NCBI GenBank assembly: GCA_963762565.1
Contig: CAVXLD010000001.1
Span: forward strand, 1,216,001-1,280,000
Direction: 5' to 3'
Source: an uncultured Verrucomicrobiae bacterium
GTDB taxonomy: Bacteria; Verrucomicrobiota; Verrucomicrobiia; Chthoniobacterales; JAFAMB01
Length of the DNA: 64,000 nt
The position numbers and the translations under genes were made by a program. The notes under the pieces were generated by a model, which did not search any database, had not been told where the DNA came from, and saw only the letters and a program-made list of their open reading frames with translations. Every line of letters begins with the position of its first letter. Position 1 is the stretch's first letter. Positions 21,356 through 32,301 of this stretch are shown piece by piece.

Positions 21356-23992
21356 CTAATCTAAATGCGATGCGACCAGTTTGGCGATCAGGCCGGTCCA
21401 ACCGGTTTGATGAGACGCGCCAACGCCACGGCCGTTATCTCCGTGAAAATACTCATAGAAAAGTACGTAATCGCGGAAATGCGGGTCGGTTTGCAGTTTC
21501 GCATTCTCACCATTTACTGGCCGGCGGCCGTTAGCATCCCGCAGAAAGAGGCGGCAGAGCCGATCTCGTAATTCTGCAGCTACCGCTTTAATGGTGCAGA
21601 GCTTTCCGGATCCGGTCGGACATTCGATTTTGAAATCGTCACCATAATAATGGTGAAAGCGCTCCAACGCCCCAATTAACAGAAAGTTCATCGGGAACCA
21701 AATCGGGCCGCGCCAATTAGAATTCCCTCCAAATACACCGGAAGTCGATTCACCCGGTTCGTAATCGACGGAAGTTACATGGCCGTCCCAAACAAAGTTA
21801 TAGGGATGATCCCGGTGATAACGCGAAAGCGCCCGAACACCATGATCGGACAGAAACTCGGTCTCATCCAACATGCGTTTGAGCAACAGCTTCATTCGAT
21901 GCCCTCGCAACAATGACAGGAGTCGTCGATCACCGCTGCCTGTGACATGCCAACGAGATACAAGCGAAGCCAAATCAGGTCGATGTTTGAACAACCACTC
22001 CAGCCGGCTTTTGAAATGAGGCACCTTTTCGAGCAGCTCTGGGTCCAGGGTCTCGACCGCGAAAAGCGGGATTAACCCAACAATAGAACGGACGCGCAAC
22101 GGGATGCTTCGGCCATCCGGGAGGTAGAGCACGTCGTAGAAAAATCCGTCTTGGTCATCCCAAAGGCCCATCCCTTGGGCGCATTGGGCCATCGCCTCAG
22201 CTATCTGTAGGAAGTGTTCGAAGAACTTCGAGGCGATGTCCTCGTAGGCATGATTGTGTTGCGCTAATTCCAATGCAATTCGCATCAGGTTCAAGCTGTA
22301 CATGGCCATCCAGCTTGTCCCGTCGGATTGATTTATATAGCCACCGGTGGGCAACGGAGCGCTCCGGTCGAAGACGCCGATATTGTCTAACCCGAGAAAG
22401 CCGCCTTGAAAGATGTTGCGGCCGGCAATGTCCTTCCGGTTTACCCACCAGGTGAAATTGAGGAGCAATTTATGGAAGACGCGTTCGAGAAATGAAACGT
22501 CTCCCGGATCTTCCGGCTTTTGGGCGCGCCGGTATTTGCGGTCGATTTCAAAGACTCGCCAAGCCGCCCACGCATGTACGGGAGGGTTTACATCACCAAA
22601 AGCCCACTCGTAAGCCGGTAACTGGCCGTTTGGATGCATGTACCATTCACGGGTGATAATCAGGAGCTGTTTTTTGGCAAACTCAGGGTCGATTACCGCG
22701 AACGATAGAGTGTGAAAAGCGAGGTCCCAGGCGGCAAACCACGGATATTCCCACTTATCAGGCATGGAGAGTACCTCAGTGGCATTGAGATGCCTCCAAT
22801 CATGGTTTCGACCGAACTTTCTTTCCGGCGGCGGCGGCGGATTTCCTGGATCGCCATCCAGCCAGGTCCGGACATCGAAACGGAACCGCTGCTTACTCCA
22901 GATCATTCCCGCAAAAGCTTGACGCTGGACCGAGCGAAGATCTTCGCTGGTAACGTCGCCCTGTATTTCTGCGTAAAATTCGTCTGCCTCCTTGCGCCGT
23001 AGGTTGAAGATTTCGTCAAAATCGCTGAACCCGACTTCAGCCGTCTGGCGAGAGAGCCGGAGACGGACCACCTTCTGGCCACCCGCTTCGATTACCAGCT
23101 GATAGTGGGCGGCTGATTTGGTGCCGGTTCGGGACGGATTTACCGCCTCGGCGTTTTTGCGGATCAGCCATTCATGAAATCCGTCTTTGCAGTAGGGCCC
23201 CGGATTGTTAACTGAGTAGAGACGCTTGTAGTTAGTCTCGTTCTCGCAAAAGACTAAAGTTGGAGTCCCTTCCGCGCGGAGAAAATAGTTTCCGAAATGG
23301 TCAAGCTTCGCTGAGATCACGCAATCCGCCGCTGCCTCGAGGATGGGTTTACTTCCCGCTGTTCCCCAAGACCAGGTGTTACGAAACCAAAGATGAGGGA
23401 GAAGATGAATGATGGCAGCTTCCGGTCCACGGTTAGCCGCTGTAATCTGAATTAGAATGTCGTCTACGCTGGCCTTGGCGTATTCCACAAAGACATCAAA
23501 GTAACGGTCATCATCCAAAACTCCGGTATCGATCAGCTCATACTCGGGGTCGAGTTTTCCTCGGCGGCGGTTCTCTTCCACTAGAGCGGCATAAGGAAAC
23601 TCCGGCTGAGGATACTTATAAAGCATCTTCAGGTAGGAATGCGTAGAGGTTGCGTCCAGATAATAATAGAGCTCTTTGACATCCTCGCCGTGATTCCCTT
23701 CGTCACCGGTCAGCCCGAACAAGCGTTCCTTCAAAATAGGATCTTTCCCGTTCCAAAGAGCGAGCGCGAAGCACAGGATTTGGTTCTCGTCACTGATCCC
23801 GGCAATACCATCTTCACCCCAGCGATAGGCCCGGCTTCGAGCATGATCGTGCGGAAAGTAACTCCAAGCCGTTCCACCGGGGCTGTAATCTTCACGAACA
23901 GTTCCCCACTGACGTTCGCTGAGATAGGGTCCCCAGTGGCGCCACTTGCTCGCACCACTATTCATCTCAAGGATGCGCTGTATTTCAGACAT
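21356..23992 (-). CDS. GH63-family glucosidase (MGH1-like)
   Basis: 878 aa; [66 protein letters not shown]. Confidence 0.93.
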   Translation of the reverse strand: MSEIQRILEMNSGASKWRHWGPYLSERQWGTVREDYSPGGTAWSYFPHDHARSRAYRWGEDGIAGISDENQILCFALALWNGKDPILKERLFGLTGDEGNHGEDVKELYYYLDATSTHSYLKMLYKYPQPEFPYAALVEENRRRGKLDPEYELIDTGVLDDDRYFDVFVEYAKASVDDILIQITAANRGPEAAIIHLLPHLWFRNTWSWGTAGSKPILEAAADCVISAKLDHFGNYFLRAEGTPTLVFCENETNYKRLYSVNNPGPYCKDGFHEWLIRKNAEAVNPSRTGTKSAAHYQLVIEAGGQKVVRLRLSRQTAEVGFSDFDEIFNLRRKEADEFYAEIQGDVTSEDLRSVQRQAFAGMIWSKQRFRFDVRTWLDGDPGNPPPPPERKFGRNHDWRHLNATEVLSMPDKWEYPWFAAWDLAFHTLSFAVIDPEFAKKQLLIITREWYMHPNGQLPAYEWAFGDVNPPVHAWAAWRVFEIDRKYRRAQKPEDPGDVSFLERVFHKLLLNFTWWVNRKDIAGRNIFQGGFLGLDNIGVFDRSAPLPTGGYINQSDGTSWMAMYSLNLMRIALELAQHNHAYEDIASKFFEHFLQIAEAMAQCAQGMGLWDDQDGFFYDVLYLPDGRSIPLRVRSIVGLIPLFAVETLDPELLEKVPHFKSRLEWLFKHRPDLASLVSRWHVTGSGDRRLLSLLRGHRMKLLLKRMLDETEFLSDHGVRALSRYHRDHPYNFVWDGHVTSVDYEPGESTSGVFGGNSNWRGPIWFPMNFLLIGALERFHHYYGDDFKIECPTGSGKLCTIKAVAAELRDRLCRLFLRDANGRRPVNGENAKLQTDPHFRDYVLFYEYFHGDNGRGVGASHQTGWTGLIAKLVASHLD

Positions 23993-24171
23993 AGAGGTCT
24001 CTCCGGGCAGAAGTTAAACGGTCGTCGCGATCGCGATGCACCGCTCATCTAATCAAGTTGTCGACCAGCGTCAAACGCCGATCTTGTGATAGGGGAGATG
24101 GCTCGCGGTTTGAGGTTTACAGTTGGCGGTTGTGCGGGGACTTTTGGCTGCAGCAACACAAAAGACAAGAG

Positions 24172-24254
24172 CCTCGCGCAGAGGACGCTGAGGTCAAAAG
24201 CTTGAGGATCTCCTGTTTTTTACCTCTGCGTCCGCGGCGACCTTTGCGCGAGGC
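24172..24254. repeat. Imperfect inverted repeat of degenerate 9-mer units
   Basis: CCTCGCGCAGAGGACGCTGAGG ... CCTCTGCGTCCGCGGCGACCTTTGCGCGAGG. Confidence 0.6.
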
Positions 24255-24484
24255 TGTTCTCGTTGTACGTGGCCCCTGTACCGGTTGCATACTGATATTG
24301 AGCCGTTTGGGCCTGTCCCGGCAAGCCACTGCTTTCTCATCCTCGTAATGAGGAATCTTCCGAATTTCCCGAGTATATCGGCCGCCGATCGGCATCTCTA
24401 TGGTTTAGAAGGTTTTCCGGAGCTGGGGCCATGGGCCTGGTTCCTCTTGAAGTACTGACAATCGCCAGGATTACTCCAGAACTT

Positions 24485-25558
24485 ATGAACGCAAAAATAT
24501 TCGGCTCTTTTCCAGGGATCCGCCTGCGGGCATGCCCTGCCCTCTTATTGGTCTTCGTTTTAACTGCATTTTTTGAAGCGAAAGCAACCGCCCCGCAGAA
24601 TACTGTGGTTGCGACGGTCAATGTCGGATCGCTACCAGGCTATCTGGTTTGCAGTCCAGACAACAAATTTGTTTATGTCACGATTTACGGCGGGATCGCC
24701 GTGATCAATACCGCGACTAATAAGCTATCCACGAACTTCTCGCTTCCGGGCACCCAGACTTTCGTTGCTATCTCCAGCGATGGCCAGACATTGTATGCGT
24801 CTGATATTACCAACACGGGTAATGGGGTGCAGGTCATTTCGATCGCTAACCAATCGGTGACGACGCTTCTGCCGTTCGAGTACCCGACCCGCTTGGCGCT
24901 AAGCCCGGACGGGAGCGAGTTATGGGTATCTAACTCCACCAACGATTCACAGGGCGGACTCTACATCATCAGTACCTCGACCAATCAGGTAACGGCCGGC
25001 CCGATTCAGGTTAGTAATGAAAGCCCGGCCTACATCGTTTTTACACCGGACGGGACGAATGTTTACGCCACGTTCAGCACGGCAGACACAATCACTCCCT
25101 ATTATCTGGTACAGATCGATACGTCCACCCAAGCAGTATTGAATGCCGATGTGGCCGGGAAAACGTTGCGCTCCAAGGTACTCGATGGGCCTCTTCTCCT
25201 GTCGATGAACCCGAATGATAAGGCACTGTACGCAGAGGACCAATCGGGCCCGTATCCGTCGGTAATGAAAGCGGTAAACTTGAGCACTGACAAAGCGAGG
25301 AATCTTTATGGTCCGCTTTCCAATATCGATCAGAGAGTAACGCCAAATGGGAAATATCTTTATCTGTTGAATCAGGGCGGTGGACCTAACATTCCGGGTA
25401 CGGTCGTTTCAATCACCACCACTCAGGGTCTGGCTGCCGGCCCGACTGCTACCGTCGGAGTCGGTCCGATCTCAATCGGGATCAGACCCGACGGGAAACG
25501 CGCTTACGTGTCGAATCAGTCAGATGGGACGGTAACGGTAATCAATATTCAACCGTAG
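24485..25558 (+). CDS. YVTN/YncE-like secreted beta-propeller protein
   Basis: Repeats SPDNKFVYVT, SSDGQTLYAS, SPDGSELWVS, TPDGTNVYAT, RPDGKRAYVSN. Confidence 0.88.
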   Translation: MNAKIFGSFPGIRLRACPALLLVFVLTAFFEAKATAPQNTVVATVNVGSLPGYLVCSPDNKFVYVTIYGGIAVINTATNKLSTNFSLPGTQTFVAISSDGQTLYASDITNTGNGVQVISIANQSVTTLLPFEYPTRLALSPDGSELWVSNSTNDSQGGLYIISTSTNQVTAGPIQVSNESPAYIVFTPDGTNVYATFSTADTITPYYLVQIDTSTQAVLNADVAGKTLRSKVLDGPLLLSMNPNDKALYAEDQSGPYPSVMKAVNLSTDKARNLYGPLSNIDQRVTPNGKYLYLLNQGGGPNIPGTVVSITTTQGLAAGPTATVGVGPISIGIRPDGKRAYVSNQSDGTVTVINIQP

Positions 25559-26325
25559 CTCGGTGGAAACACCTTTTTTCCGATAGCCGCTCGACAAAAA
25601 AGGCCGGACTGCTGAACAATTCGTACGGCCGCAGCTACCAATTCAGCGTTCGATGGAGCAACCGCTCCATCCGGCTGAACTTTTACATCTTCGAGGCCGA
25701 TGCGGGTGGAGAATCCAGACTCGACCGCTCGCCGCAGCAACGGCCAAGCCGAAGCATCAGCGCCGTGTAAGAGGATCGGTCTGGGGAAAGGTGCGCTTCG
25801 GAGTACAGTCAGAATTTCATTCGTAACCGCGTGATCGCGGTCGATATTCTGTTCGCCAACCTCGACCAGAATACGCAGCGCCAGCCGGTCCAGCCCTAAC
25901 GTTACTAATCGTTCAGCGTCCTGCGGGTCCCCCAACCCTGCCTCGATGCCGATACCTCGCCGATGAAGGCTCTCGATGACAGCAGGTGCATTCTTTTCAC
26001 TCAGATTGACCGAGGCGTAATCTGGCGGAACGCTCCAGCGGGTAACATAAGCGAGCACCCGGTCATCGTCCCTTTCGATCCAAGCGCCGGTGCTGATCCC
26101 AATCAAGGTTCCAGGTAAAGCTTCCCGGAGCGCTTTTATCGTGGAATCAACAGCGTTCGGAGCAAGACTCTCAACCCCGTCCTCGCCTCGCACGTGAAGA
26201 TGCAATTCGCTGGCGCCGGCTCTCAACGCCTCACGTCCATCTTCGACCAGAGCCTGGATAGTGACTGGAACTGCCGGGTGATAGGAGGACAGATGGCCTC
26301 CATTTAAACAAGCCTGGACGATCAT
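25549..26325 (-). CDS. Beta-keto acid cleavage enzyme (BKACE/DUF849; 3-keto-5-aminohexanoate cleavage-like)
   Basis: MIVQACLNG...HPAVPVT...AGASELHLHVR...ISTGAWIE...PDYASVN...TRIGLED. Confidence 0.9.
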   Translation of the reverse strand: MIVQACLNGGHLSSYHPAVPVTIQALVEDGREALRAGASELHLHVRGEDGVESLAPNAVDSTIKALREALPGTLIGISTGAWIERDDDRVLAYVTRWSVPPDYASVNLSEKNAPAVIESLHRRGIGIEAGLGDPQDAERLVTLGLDRLALRILVEVGEQNIDRDHAVTNEILTVLRSAPFPRPILLHGADASAWPLLRRAVESGFSTRIGLEDVKVQPDGAVAPSNAELVAAAVRIVQQSGLFCRAAIGKKVFPPSYG

Positions 26326-26350
26326 GGGAACATTTACGCGGGCGCTATTG

Positions 26351-26797
26351 TCAGCCTGTTTGGTCGCCGCGACTAAACACGACGAGAACACAGCCCGTCA
26401 AGATCAGCACCGCACCAGCTAAACCTGCCGCATTCAAGTGGAATTGGCGTAAGAAAATGAGGGTGAATAAAATAATGAAAAGGGGATAACTGATTTCGAG
26501 GAGTGAGGCCATGGTGGCATCCTTCTGATTGATCGCGAACCCATTGAACAGGTAGGCGCCGGTGCCAAAAAACAGATACAACACAATCATCCATATTATC
26601 GGCCAACTTTCGCAAAGCTTTGCCCAGTTCTGGCGGGGGTAAAGCATCCACAGTACCGCGGAAACCAGGATACCGTTTGCCAGACTTAAGAACGAGAAAG
26701 CCGCCGCAAAGTCTACTCTTCTAAAGAGCGATTCCATCAAGACATATTGTGCGCCCCAACAAGCCGCCGAGATCAGAGCATACATCCACCAGGCCAT
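26351..26797 (-). CDS. EamA/DMT-family small membrane protein
   Basis: 148 aa, about 5 TM; WWMYALISAACWG, ASLLEISYPLF. Confidence 0.8.
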   Translation of the reverse strand: MAWWMYALISAACWGAQYVLMESLFRRVDFAAAFSFLSLANGILVSAVLWMLYPRQNWAKLCESWPIIWMIVLYLFFGTGAYLFNGFAINQKDATMASLLEISYPLFIILFTLIFLRQFHLNAAGLAGAVLILTGCVLVVFSRGDQTG

Positions 26798-26912
26798 GCC
26801 ACCGTCCTAGCGATTTACGGCCCGAACAGCAATTCGGGAGTGCTATTTGACCGATCGAAGTGCGATAAATTTTGGGATTCCAGCTGTAGTAGACGGGGTG
26901 GACGTAGTGGAC

Positions 26913-27221
26913 TCAGTGGACGTGAGTGTCAGCTCTCTGGGGAGAGAGCTTGGCTGGGCCATATCGCTCGGCAGCGCGAGCCTTCGCTTTGGCGGCTTCT
27001 TCCTCGCGGTCTCTGGGGGGCGCATTCGTCTCCAGCGAACGCAATAGCTTTGCCGAGACTTCCGCGACGCCGTCGACTGCGGCAAGGAAGGCGGCCTCGT
27101 TCAGTTTTGACGGCTTCGTGAAACCGCTGATCTTTCTGACAAATTGCAGCGAAGCGGCCCGAACCTCGTCCTCGGTGACAGGCGGTTCGAAGTTAAAAAG
27201 GGGTCGAATATTCCTGCACAT
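26913..27221 (-). CDS. DUF2277-family protein
   Basis: MCRNIRPLFNFEPPVTEDEVRAASLQFVRKISGF.KPS..NEAAF; the C-terminal tail may be extended by an indel. Confidence 0.88.
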   Translation of the reverse strand: MCRNIRPLFNFEPPVTEDEVRAASLQFVRKISGFTKPSKLNEAAFLAAVDGVAEVSAKLLRSLETNAPPRDREEEAAKAKARAAERYGPAKLSPQRADTHVH

Positions 27222-27318
27222 AGTCTCTAGCTGTATTATTACGCTGGCGATGACGTCCGGGCAATCGATGCATCGCCACAACCGCCCTCCTGACTCCTGG
27301 ATTCTGGCTCCTGGCTCC

Positions 27319-27762
27319 TCACTCTGAGATCGCCCAGAAAATCAGCAGGATAAACAGGAGCTGCATTGGTCCCCGCACTCCTAGTGGAGTTACCGGTCTA
27401 TCCCTCAGTGTAGCTCCGGTCCTGGTAGCGTATACGTTAGCGGGGAATACTGCGACCAGAAACAAGATTAGGCACACTCCAGCCAGCGTCCGCGTTGACG
27501 GGATGATTAGCCCGATCGCTCCCAGAATTTCGAGAATCCCGGTTACGAATACTGCGACTTTAGGGTTTGGCACCCACGGGGGAACCATCCTTTCTAAATC
27601 CCTCCGCATCGGCCCGAAATGAGCGAACGCGGTAAAACAGAACATGGCGGCTAACGCGTAAATCATCGATCCGTGCCAGCTCTGGAACAGGGGGACACCG
27701 AAAAAAAATCCGAGCAGACGGAAAACGATCAAACTTCCGAAAAGGGCTACGAGCACAATCAT
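27319..27762 (-). CDS. DoxX-like membrane protein
   Basis: AHF...MVPPWVP...VTGILEILGAIGL...AVFPANVY. Confidence 0.82.
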   Translation of the reverse strand: MIVLVALFGSLIVFRLLGFFFGVPLFQSWHGSMIYALAAMFCFTAFAHFGPMRRDLERMVPPWVPNPKVAVFVTGILEILGAIGLIIPSTRTLAGVCLILFLVAVFPANVYATRTGATLRDRPVTPLGVRGPMQLLFILLIFWAISE

Positions 27763-28031
27763 AGGTCTGGGATGGAAGCTCCATCAGCCTAACTGGGCGG
27801 AAGGGCGAGGTCAAAAAAAGGAGTTCAGGAGTTCGAGGAGTTCAGGAGTTCAAGGGGGAGTGCGGCTGGCTAGGATGCGGATTGCAAGCTAGGGCGTGTA
27901 AGGCGTGGCATGCTTTTCGAGGACGAGGACGAGAACGATTGACCTGGGCGCTGTTCATAACCGTTGACGGCGTTCCCTGACGAAAGGGGTTGTCAATTTT
28001 CGACGAATGAATTAATCCTGAAACCGCGTCT

Positions 28032-28409
28032 ATGATCCGTCACCTTTACCTCGCGTGTCTGGTTCCGATCAGCATAGCGCTTCTTTCTTGCGGCGAATCG
28101 AGTCCGCAGCCCGCTAAGGGCAAGTATGGCTACCTGCCTACTCCGACGCCTAAACCTGCTGCGACTCCAACGCCGGTTCCGATTCCGGTTCCTACTCCGA
28201 CCCCGGCACCGGAAGTCACCAATATGCCGAACCCAGCAGGGACCCCAAATGCACCGGAAAATTATCCGACCGCCAGCAAAGTTCCGGGGAAGCCTGGCCG
28301 TGTTTACAGCCCCTATGCACCTAACGCTGGAGAAGTTGACGTTGAGGGATATCCTCCCGGAGCTGAAGTAAAAGATCCGTACACCGGTAAGATTTTCTTG
28401 GTGCCGTAG
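28032..28409 (+). CDS. Proline-rich lipoprotein
   Basis: Lipobox LLSC; PTPTP linker; C-terminal [12 protein letters not shown]...[12 protein letters not shown] domain. Confidence 0.8.
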   Translation: MIRHLYLACLVPISIALLSCGESSPQPAKGKYGYLPTPTPKPAATPTPVPIPVPTPTPAPEVTNMPNPAGTPNAPENYPTASKVPGKPGRVYSPYAPNAGEVDVEGYPPGAEVKDPYTGKIFLVP

Positions 28410-28431
28410 GAAATAGGAACCACACGCTATT

Positions 28432-28464
28432 AAAAAAAGGACGCGCGGCGCGCGTCCTTTTTTA
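28432..28464. terminator. Bidirectional rho-independent terminator
   Basis: AAAAAAAGGACGCGC-GGC-GCGCGTCCTTTTTT. Confidence 0.85.
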
Positions 28465-28490
28465 TTTACCGCAACGGACCGGCGAAATCC

Positions 28491-28574
28491 AAAATGACAA
28501 ATGACAGATGACAAAAAAGTAGGCCCTTGCGACGCCCTGCAGGCGGGCTCCGCAACTTGTCATTTGTCATCTGA
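28491..28574. repeat. Inverted pair of heptamer tandem repeats (TGACAAA / TTTGTCA)
   Basis: AAATGACAAATGACAGATGACAA ... TTGTCATTTGTCATCTGA. Confidence 0.8.
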
Positions 28575-28611
28575 TCCGCCAGGACATTCCGTACGCCCGG
28601 GGCGATAGAGT

Positions 28612-29469
28612 GTGACATATTCAGACCAGCCTATGGGTAACCTTAATGTAGGGGTCGTTGGAACTGGCCTGATTGGCGGATCGATCGCGCTCGCTGGAAC
28701 TCGAGCGGGTTATCGCGTCACTTTCTACGAGCCGAGAAGTGGCGCCATCGAAACCGTCCTCGGCGGAACAGTCAGAGCCGCGAGCCTCGATGAACTGGCG
28801 GGCTCCAGCGATTTAATCTTTATCGCAACGCCGGTTTCTTCGATGCTCTCTGTGGCCGACCGGTTGGCGCCTTTCGTGAGACCGGGCGCGATTGTATCCG
28901 ACGTGGCTAGTGTCAAAGGCCCGATCGTCAAGGGCCTTTCTGAAGTCTTTACTGGTCGGTGTTTATACATACCAAGCCATCCGATGGCCGGCTCGGAAAA
29001 GTCCGGTCTGGAGGCTGCCCGGGTAAGCCTGTTTGAGAATGCGGTCACTATCATTTCTCCAGATCTTTGCCCGGATAAGGGAGCGCTGGAACGCTTGGCC
29101 CACTTCTGGCGAGACGCCGGGAGCATCCCCTTGTTTGTCGATGTGCCAACGCATGATCGGCTGGTTGCGGCAGTGAGCCATTTGCCGCACCTACTAGCAG
29201 CAGTTCTAATGATGCATGCCGCGGAATTTGCCCCCGAAGGCCTCAGCTTCGTTGGAAACGGTTTTCGAGACTCAACCCGGATCGCCGGGGGTTCACCTGA
29301 GCTTTGGACAGAGATCCTTCTTGCTAATCGGACTGATCTGCTTACCAATCTGTATCGCTTTCGAGACGTGCTCGACGAGACCATTCGAGTCTTGGAAGCG
29401 AATGATGTGAAAAGCTTGCAAGCTTTTCTAGATGCGGCGAAGAGAAGCCGCGACAGATTAGCTGGTTAG
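28612..29469 (+). CDS. tyrA: Prephenate dehydrogenase
   Basis: GTGLIGGS Rossmann motif, DVASVK, SHPMAGSE, HD...VSHLPH, GFRDSTRIA. Confidence 0.93.
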   Translation: MTYSDQPMGNLNVGVVGTGLIGGSIALAGTRAGYRVTFYEPRSGAIETVLGGTVRAASLDELAGSSDLIFIATPVSSMLSVADRLAPFVRPGAIVSDVASVKGPIVKGLSEVFTGRCLYIPSHPMAGSEKSGLEAARVSLFENAVTIISPDLCPDKGALERLAHFWRDAGSIPLFVDVPTHDRLVAAVSHLPHLLAAVLMMHAAEFAPEGLSFVGNGFRDSTRIAGGSPELWTEILLANRTDLLTNLYRFRDVLDETIRVLEANDVKSLQAFLDAAKRSRDRLAG

Positions 29470-29477
29470 AACAATTT

Positions 29478-30833
29478 ATGGCCGAATTACGCGTAGCTCG
29501 AGCTCCCCATATAGAGTCGGAGATTGTAGTACCCGGAGACAAAAGTATCTCCCATCGAGCTGTTATTCTGGCTGCGCTGTCGAACGGGAGCTGCACGATC
29601 CAAGGCTTTCTTCCGAGTCAAGATTGTCGATGCACAGTGGAGGCAATGCGAATGCTGGGCATTGCGATCGACCAGCCAGATGACACAACTCTGGTTATTC
29701 ACGGCCAGAGAGGCCATTTCCGAGCCCCTAGCGGCCCCCTGGATTGCGGGAATTCAGGTACTCTGATGCGACTGCTTTGTGGGCTCTTAGCCAGCCAACC
29801 ATTCGACTCTGAACTGATCGGAGATGCTTCTCTGTCTTCTCGCCCAATGAACCGGGTGATCGAGCCGCTGAGCAAGATGGGCGCGGTAATTGAAGCCACC
29901 GGACCGAACGGGACGGCTCCCCTGAAAATCAAGGGCCAGAAATTGGAGGCTATCCGGTACGAACTTCCCGTAGCCAGTGCCCAAGTAAAGAGCGCGATCC
30001 TATTGGCTGGGCTGCAAACGCCTGGCAAAACCACGGTGGTCGAGCCGGTCCTGTTGCGCGACCACACCGAGCGGATGATGGATTATTTTCTAATCAAGAC
30101 CACACGAGAACCAGTTAATTCCGGGTACTCCATCTCCGTCTACGGAGAACAGGTGGCCGAATCCCGAGATTTCGTGGTTCCCGGCGATATTTCTAGCGCG
30201 GCGTTTTGGCTGGTGGCTGCTGCCGCTCAAGAAGGATCAAATCTGTTGATCCGAGACGTGGGGCTAAACGAGACGCGAAGTGGGATTTTGTCGGTGCTGC
30301 TCAGGATGGGCGCTCACGTTCGAGAAGTTGTACAAGATACCGAACATGGTGAACCCCGCGGCGAAATCCGCATCGAAGGGACTCGTTTGCATGGTACGGT
30401 GATCGCAGGCAACGAGATTCCAAACGTTATCGATGAAATACCGATTTTGGCGGTTGCGGCTTCGTTAGCACAAGGGAAAACGCTGATACGGGATGCACAC
30501 GAACTCCGAGTTAAAGAAACGGACCGTTTAACTGCCATCGCCGCAAATCTGACCACGATGGGCGTGGACGTGGTAGAGTTTCAGGATGGTTTGGAGATCA
30601 ACGGAGGAGCTCCTCTAATGAACGGGCGGCTCAAGAGTTTTGGGGATCATCGCATCGCGATGGCGTTCGCTATCGCTGGCCTTTTTGCCGACGGCGAAAC
30701 CGTCATCGAAGACGCGGAATGCATTCACACCTCATACCCTGGCTTCGAAAATCACTTGAACGATTTGCTTTTTCCTAACGATGATCGAACCACTCCCGTC
30801 ATCAACCCGGCTGGAGCACTAGACAAGCATTGA
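29478..30833 (+). CDS. aroA: 3-phosphoshikimate 1-carboxyvinyltransferase (EPSP synthase)
   Basis: PGDKSISHRA, DCGNSGT, ASAQVKS, RDHTERM, ELRVKETDR, GDHRIAM. Confidence 0.98.
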   Translation: MAELRVARAPHIESEIVVPGDKSISHRAVILAALSNGSCTIQGFLPSQDCRCTVEAMRMLGIAIDQPDDTTLVIHGQRGHFRAPSGPLDCGNSGTLMRLLCGLLASQPFDSELIGDASLSSRPMNRVIEPLSKMGAVIEATGPNGTAPLKIKGQKLEAIRYELPVASAQVKSAILLAGLQTPGKTTVVEPVLLRDHTERMMDYFLIKTTREPVNSGYSISVYGEQVAESRDFVVPGDISSAAFWLVAAAAQEGSNLLIRDVGLNETRSGILSVLLRMGAHVREVVQDTEHGEPRGEIRIEGTRLHGTVIAGNEIPNVIDEIPILAVAASLAQGKTLIRDAHELRVKETDRLTAIAANLTTMGVDVVEFQDGLEINGGAPLMNGRLKSFGDHRIAMAFAIAGLFADGETVIEDAECIHTSYPGFENHLNDLLFPNDDRTTPVINPAGALDKH

Positions 30834-31504
30834 ATGAACCATCCGCATTCTCGCTTATCGCGATCGACGGTCCGGCTGCATCCGGTAAAAGCACGGTCGC
30901 GCGACATCTTGCTAAATTCCTGGGCTTCTCTTTTGTAAACAGCGGAGCCATGTATCGGGCGGTGGCTTGGCTAGCGCACCGCCATAAAATAAATCCTAGC
31001 GATAACGCCGGGGTGTATAAGCAATTGAGTACCGTTTCCGTGGAATTCGGCATTTCCGACAAAGAATCGTACATTTTAATAGACGGGGAAAACCCGGACC
31101 AACATCTGAAAGAAGAAGTGGTCAATCGGACGGTCTCCGCCATCTCCGCCATTCCGGAGGTTCGCGCCTTTCTAATGCCTCATTTGAGAGGATTCGCCCG
31201 GCTGGATAATATTGTGATGGAGGGGCGTGACATCGGTTCGACGGTGTTTCCGGAAACACGGTTTAAGTTTTATATTGATGCCGCGCCGGAAGTGAGAGCG
31301 CGCAGGCGCGCTGCTCAAGGGTTGAAGGACAACCTTGCCCATCGGGATCGGGCAGATTCTTCCCGCCGTTCGTCGCCCTTAGTGATCGCGGACGACGCCG
31401 AGGTCATCGACAGCTCGAGTCTCTCGATCGCTGGGGTGGTCGACGAGGTCCTGCAAAGACTAAGCCAAAAGGGGTTGCCTGCAGCCTCGCAAACCAATCG
31501 ATGA
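30830..31504 (+). CDS. cmk: Cytidylate kinase
   Basis: IAIDGPAASGKST, SGAMYRA, MEGRDIG. Confidence 0.96.
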   Translation: MNEPSAFSLIAIDGPAASGKSTVARHLAKFLGFSFVNSGAMYRAVAWLAHRHKINPSDNAGVYKQLSTVSVEFGISDKESYILIDGENPDQHLKEEVVNRTVSAISAIPEVRAFLMPHLRGFARLDNIVMEGRDIGSTVFPETRFKFYIDAAPEVRARRRAAQGLKDNLAHRDRADSSRRSSPLVIADDAEVIDSSSLSIAGVVDEVLQRLSQKGLPAASQTNR

Positions 31505-32112
31505 CGCCGATCTATCGGATTGGCCATACTCTTTGTACAGCTGTCGCGGAACTCGCGTTTCGGTTGAAGATCTACGGGCGTGAAAATCTAATCGAAGTCG
31601 GTCCAGCGATTTACGCTTCGAACCACGCCAGTTATCTCGATCCGCCTTTGGTGGGGGTTGCTTGTCGCAAAGAGCTCTTCTATTTGGCTCGCAAAACCCT
31701 GTTCGAAAAGCCGGTATTAGGCCCCATACTCCCGAGAATCAACTGTATCCCCGTTGATCGGGATCGAGGCGATGTAGCCGCTGTCAGAGCCCTTCTGCGG
31801 CTGCTAAAGGAAGGAAAACGGGTGGTGGTTTTCCCTGAAGGAACCCGGAGCAAGGACGGTAACTTGCAACCGGCCAGAGCCGGGCTGGGGCTGATTATAG
31901 CCAAATCGTTGGCGCCGGTTGTTCCGGTGCGCGTTTTTGGATCGTACGCAGCGTTGCCTCGATCCGGCGGGGTTCATTTTGTGCCGATCACACTCGTTGT
32001 TGGCAAGCCAATCTTTTTTACCAAAGAAGACCTGGGTACGGACGAGCGCTTAGTGTACCAAACGTTGAGTGACCGTGTGATGGCAGCCATCGCCGCTTTA
32101 CAGAAGCCATAA
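31501..32112 (+). CDS. plsC: 1-acyl-sn-glycerol-3-phosphate acyltransferase
   Basis: NHASYLDP, FPEGTRS motifs. Confidence 0.92.
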   Translation: MTPIYRIGHTLCTAVAELAFRLKIYGRENLIEVGPAIYASNHASYLDPPLVGVACRKELFYLARKTLFEKPVLGPILPRINCIPVDRDRGDVAAVRALLRLLKEGKRVVVFPEGTRSKDGNLQPARAGLGLIIAKSLAPVVPVRVFGSYAALPRSGGVHFVPITLVVGKPIFFTKEDLGTDERLVYQTLSDRVMAAIAALQKP

Positions 32113-32301
32113 CAGCTTCTTTAAAGCTGCGATGGCTATGGGTTTTTAAACCGACGCCGACGTCTGTTTAAAAACCTGGCTTGGTGGCAGTATCTCTGAT
32201 CGATTTGAAGGCTTGCAGCGGAAAGGACCGGCTTACAGCGTCCTTTCCGCCATAGCGCGCATCGCCCGCAAATGTCTCAGCATTTGCGGACGATCGCGCG
32301 C

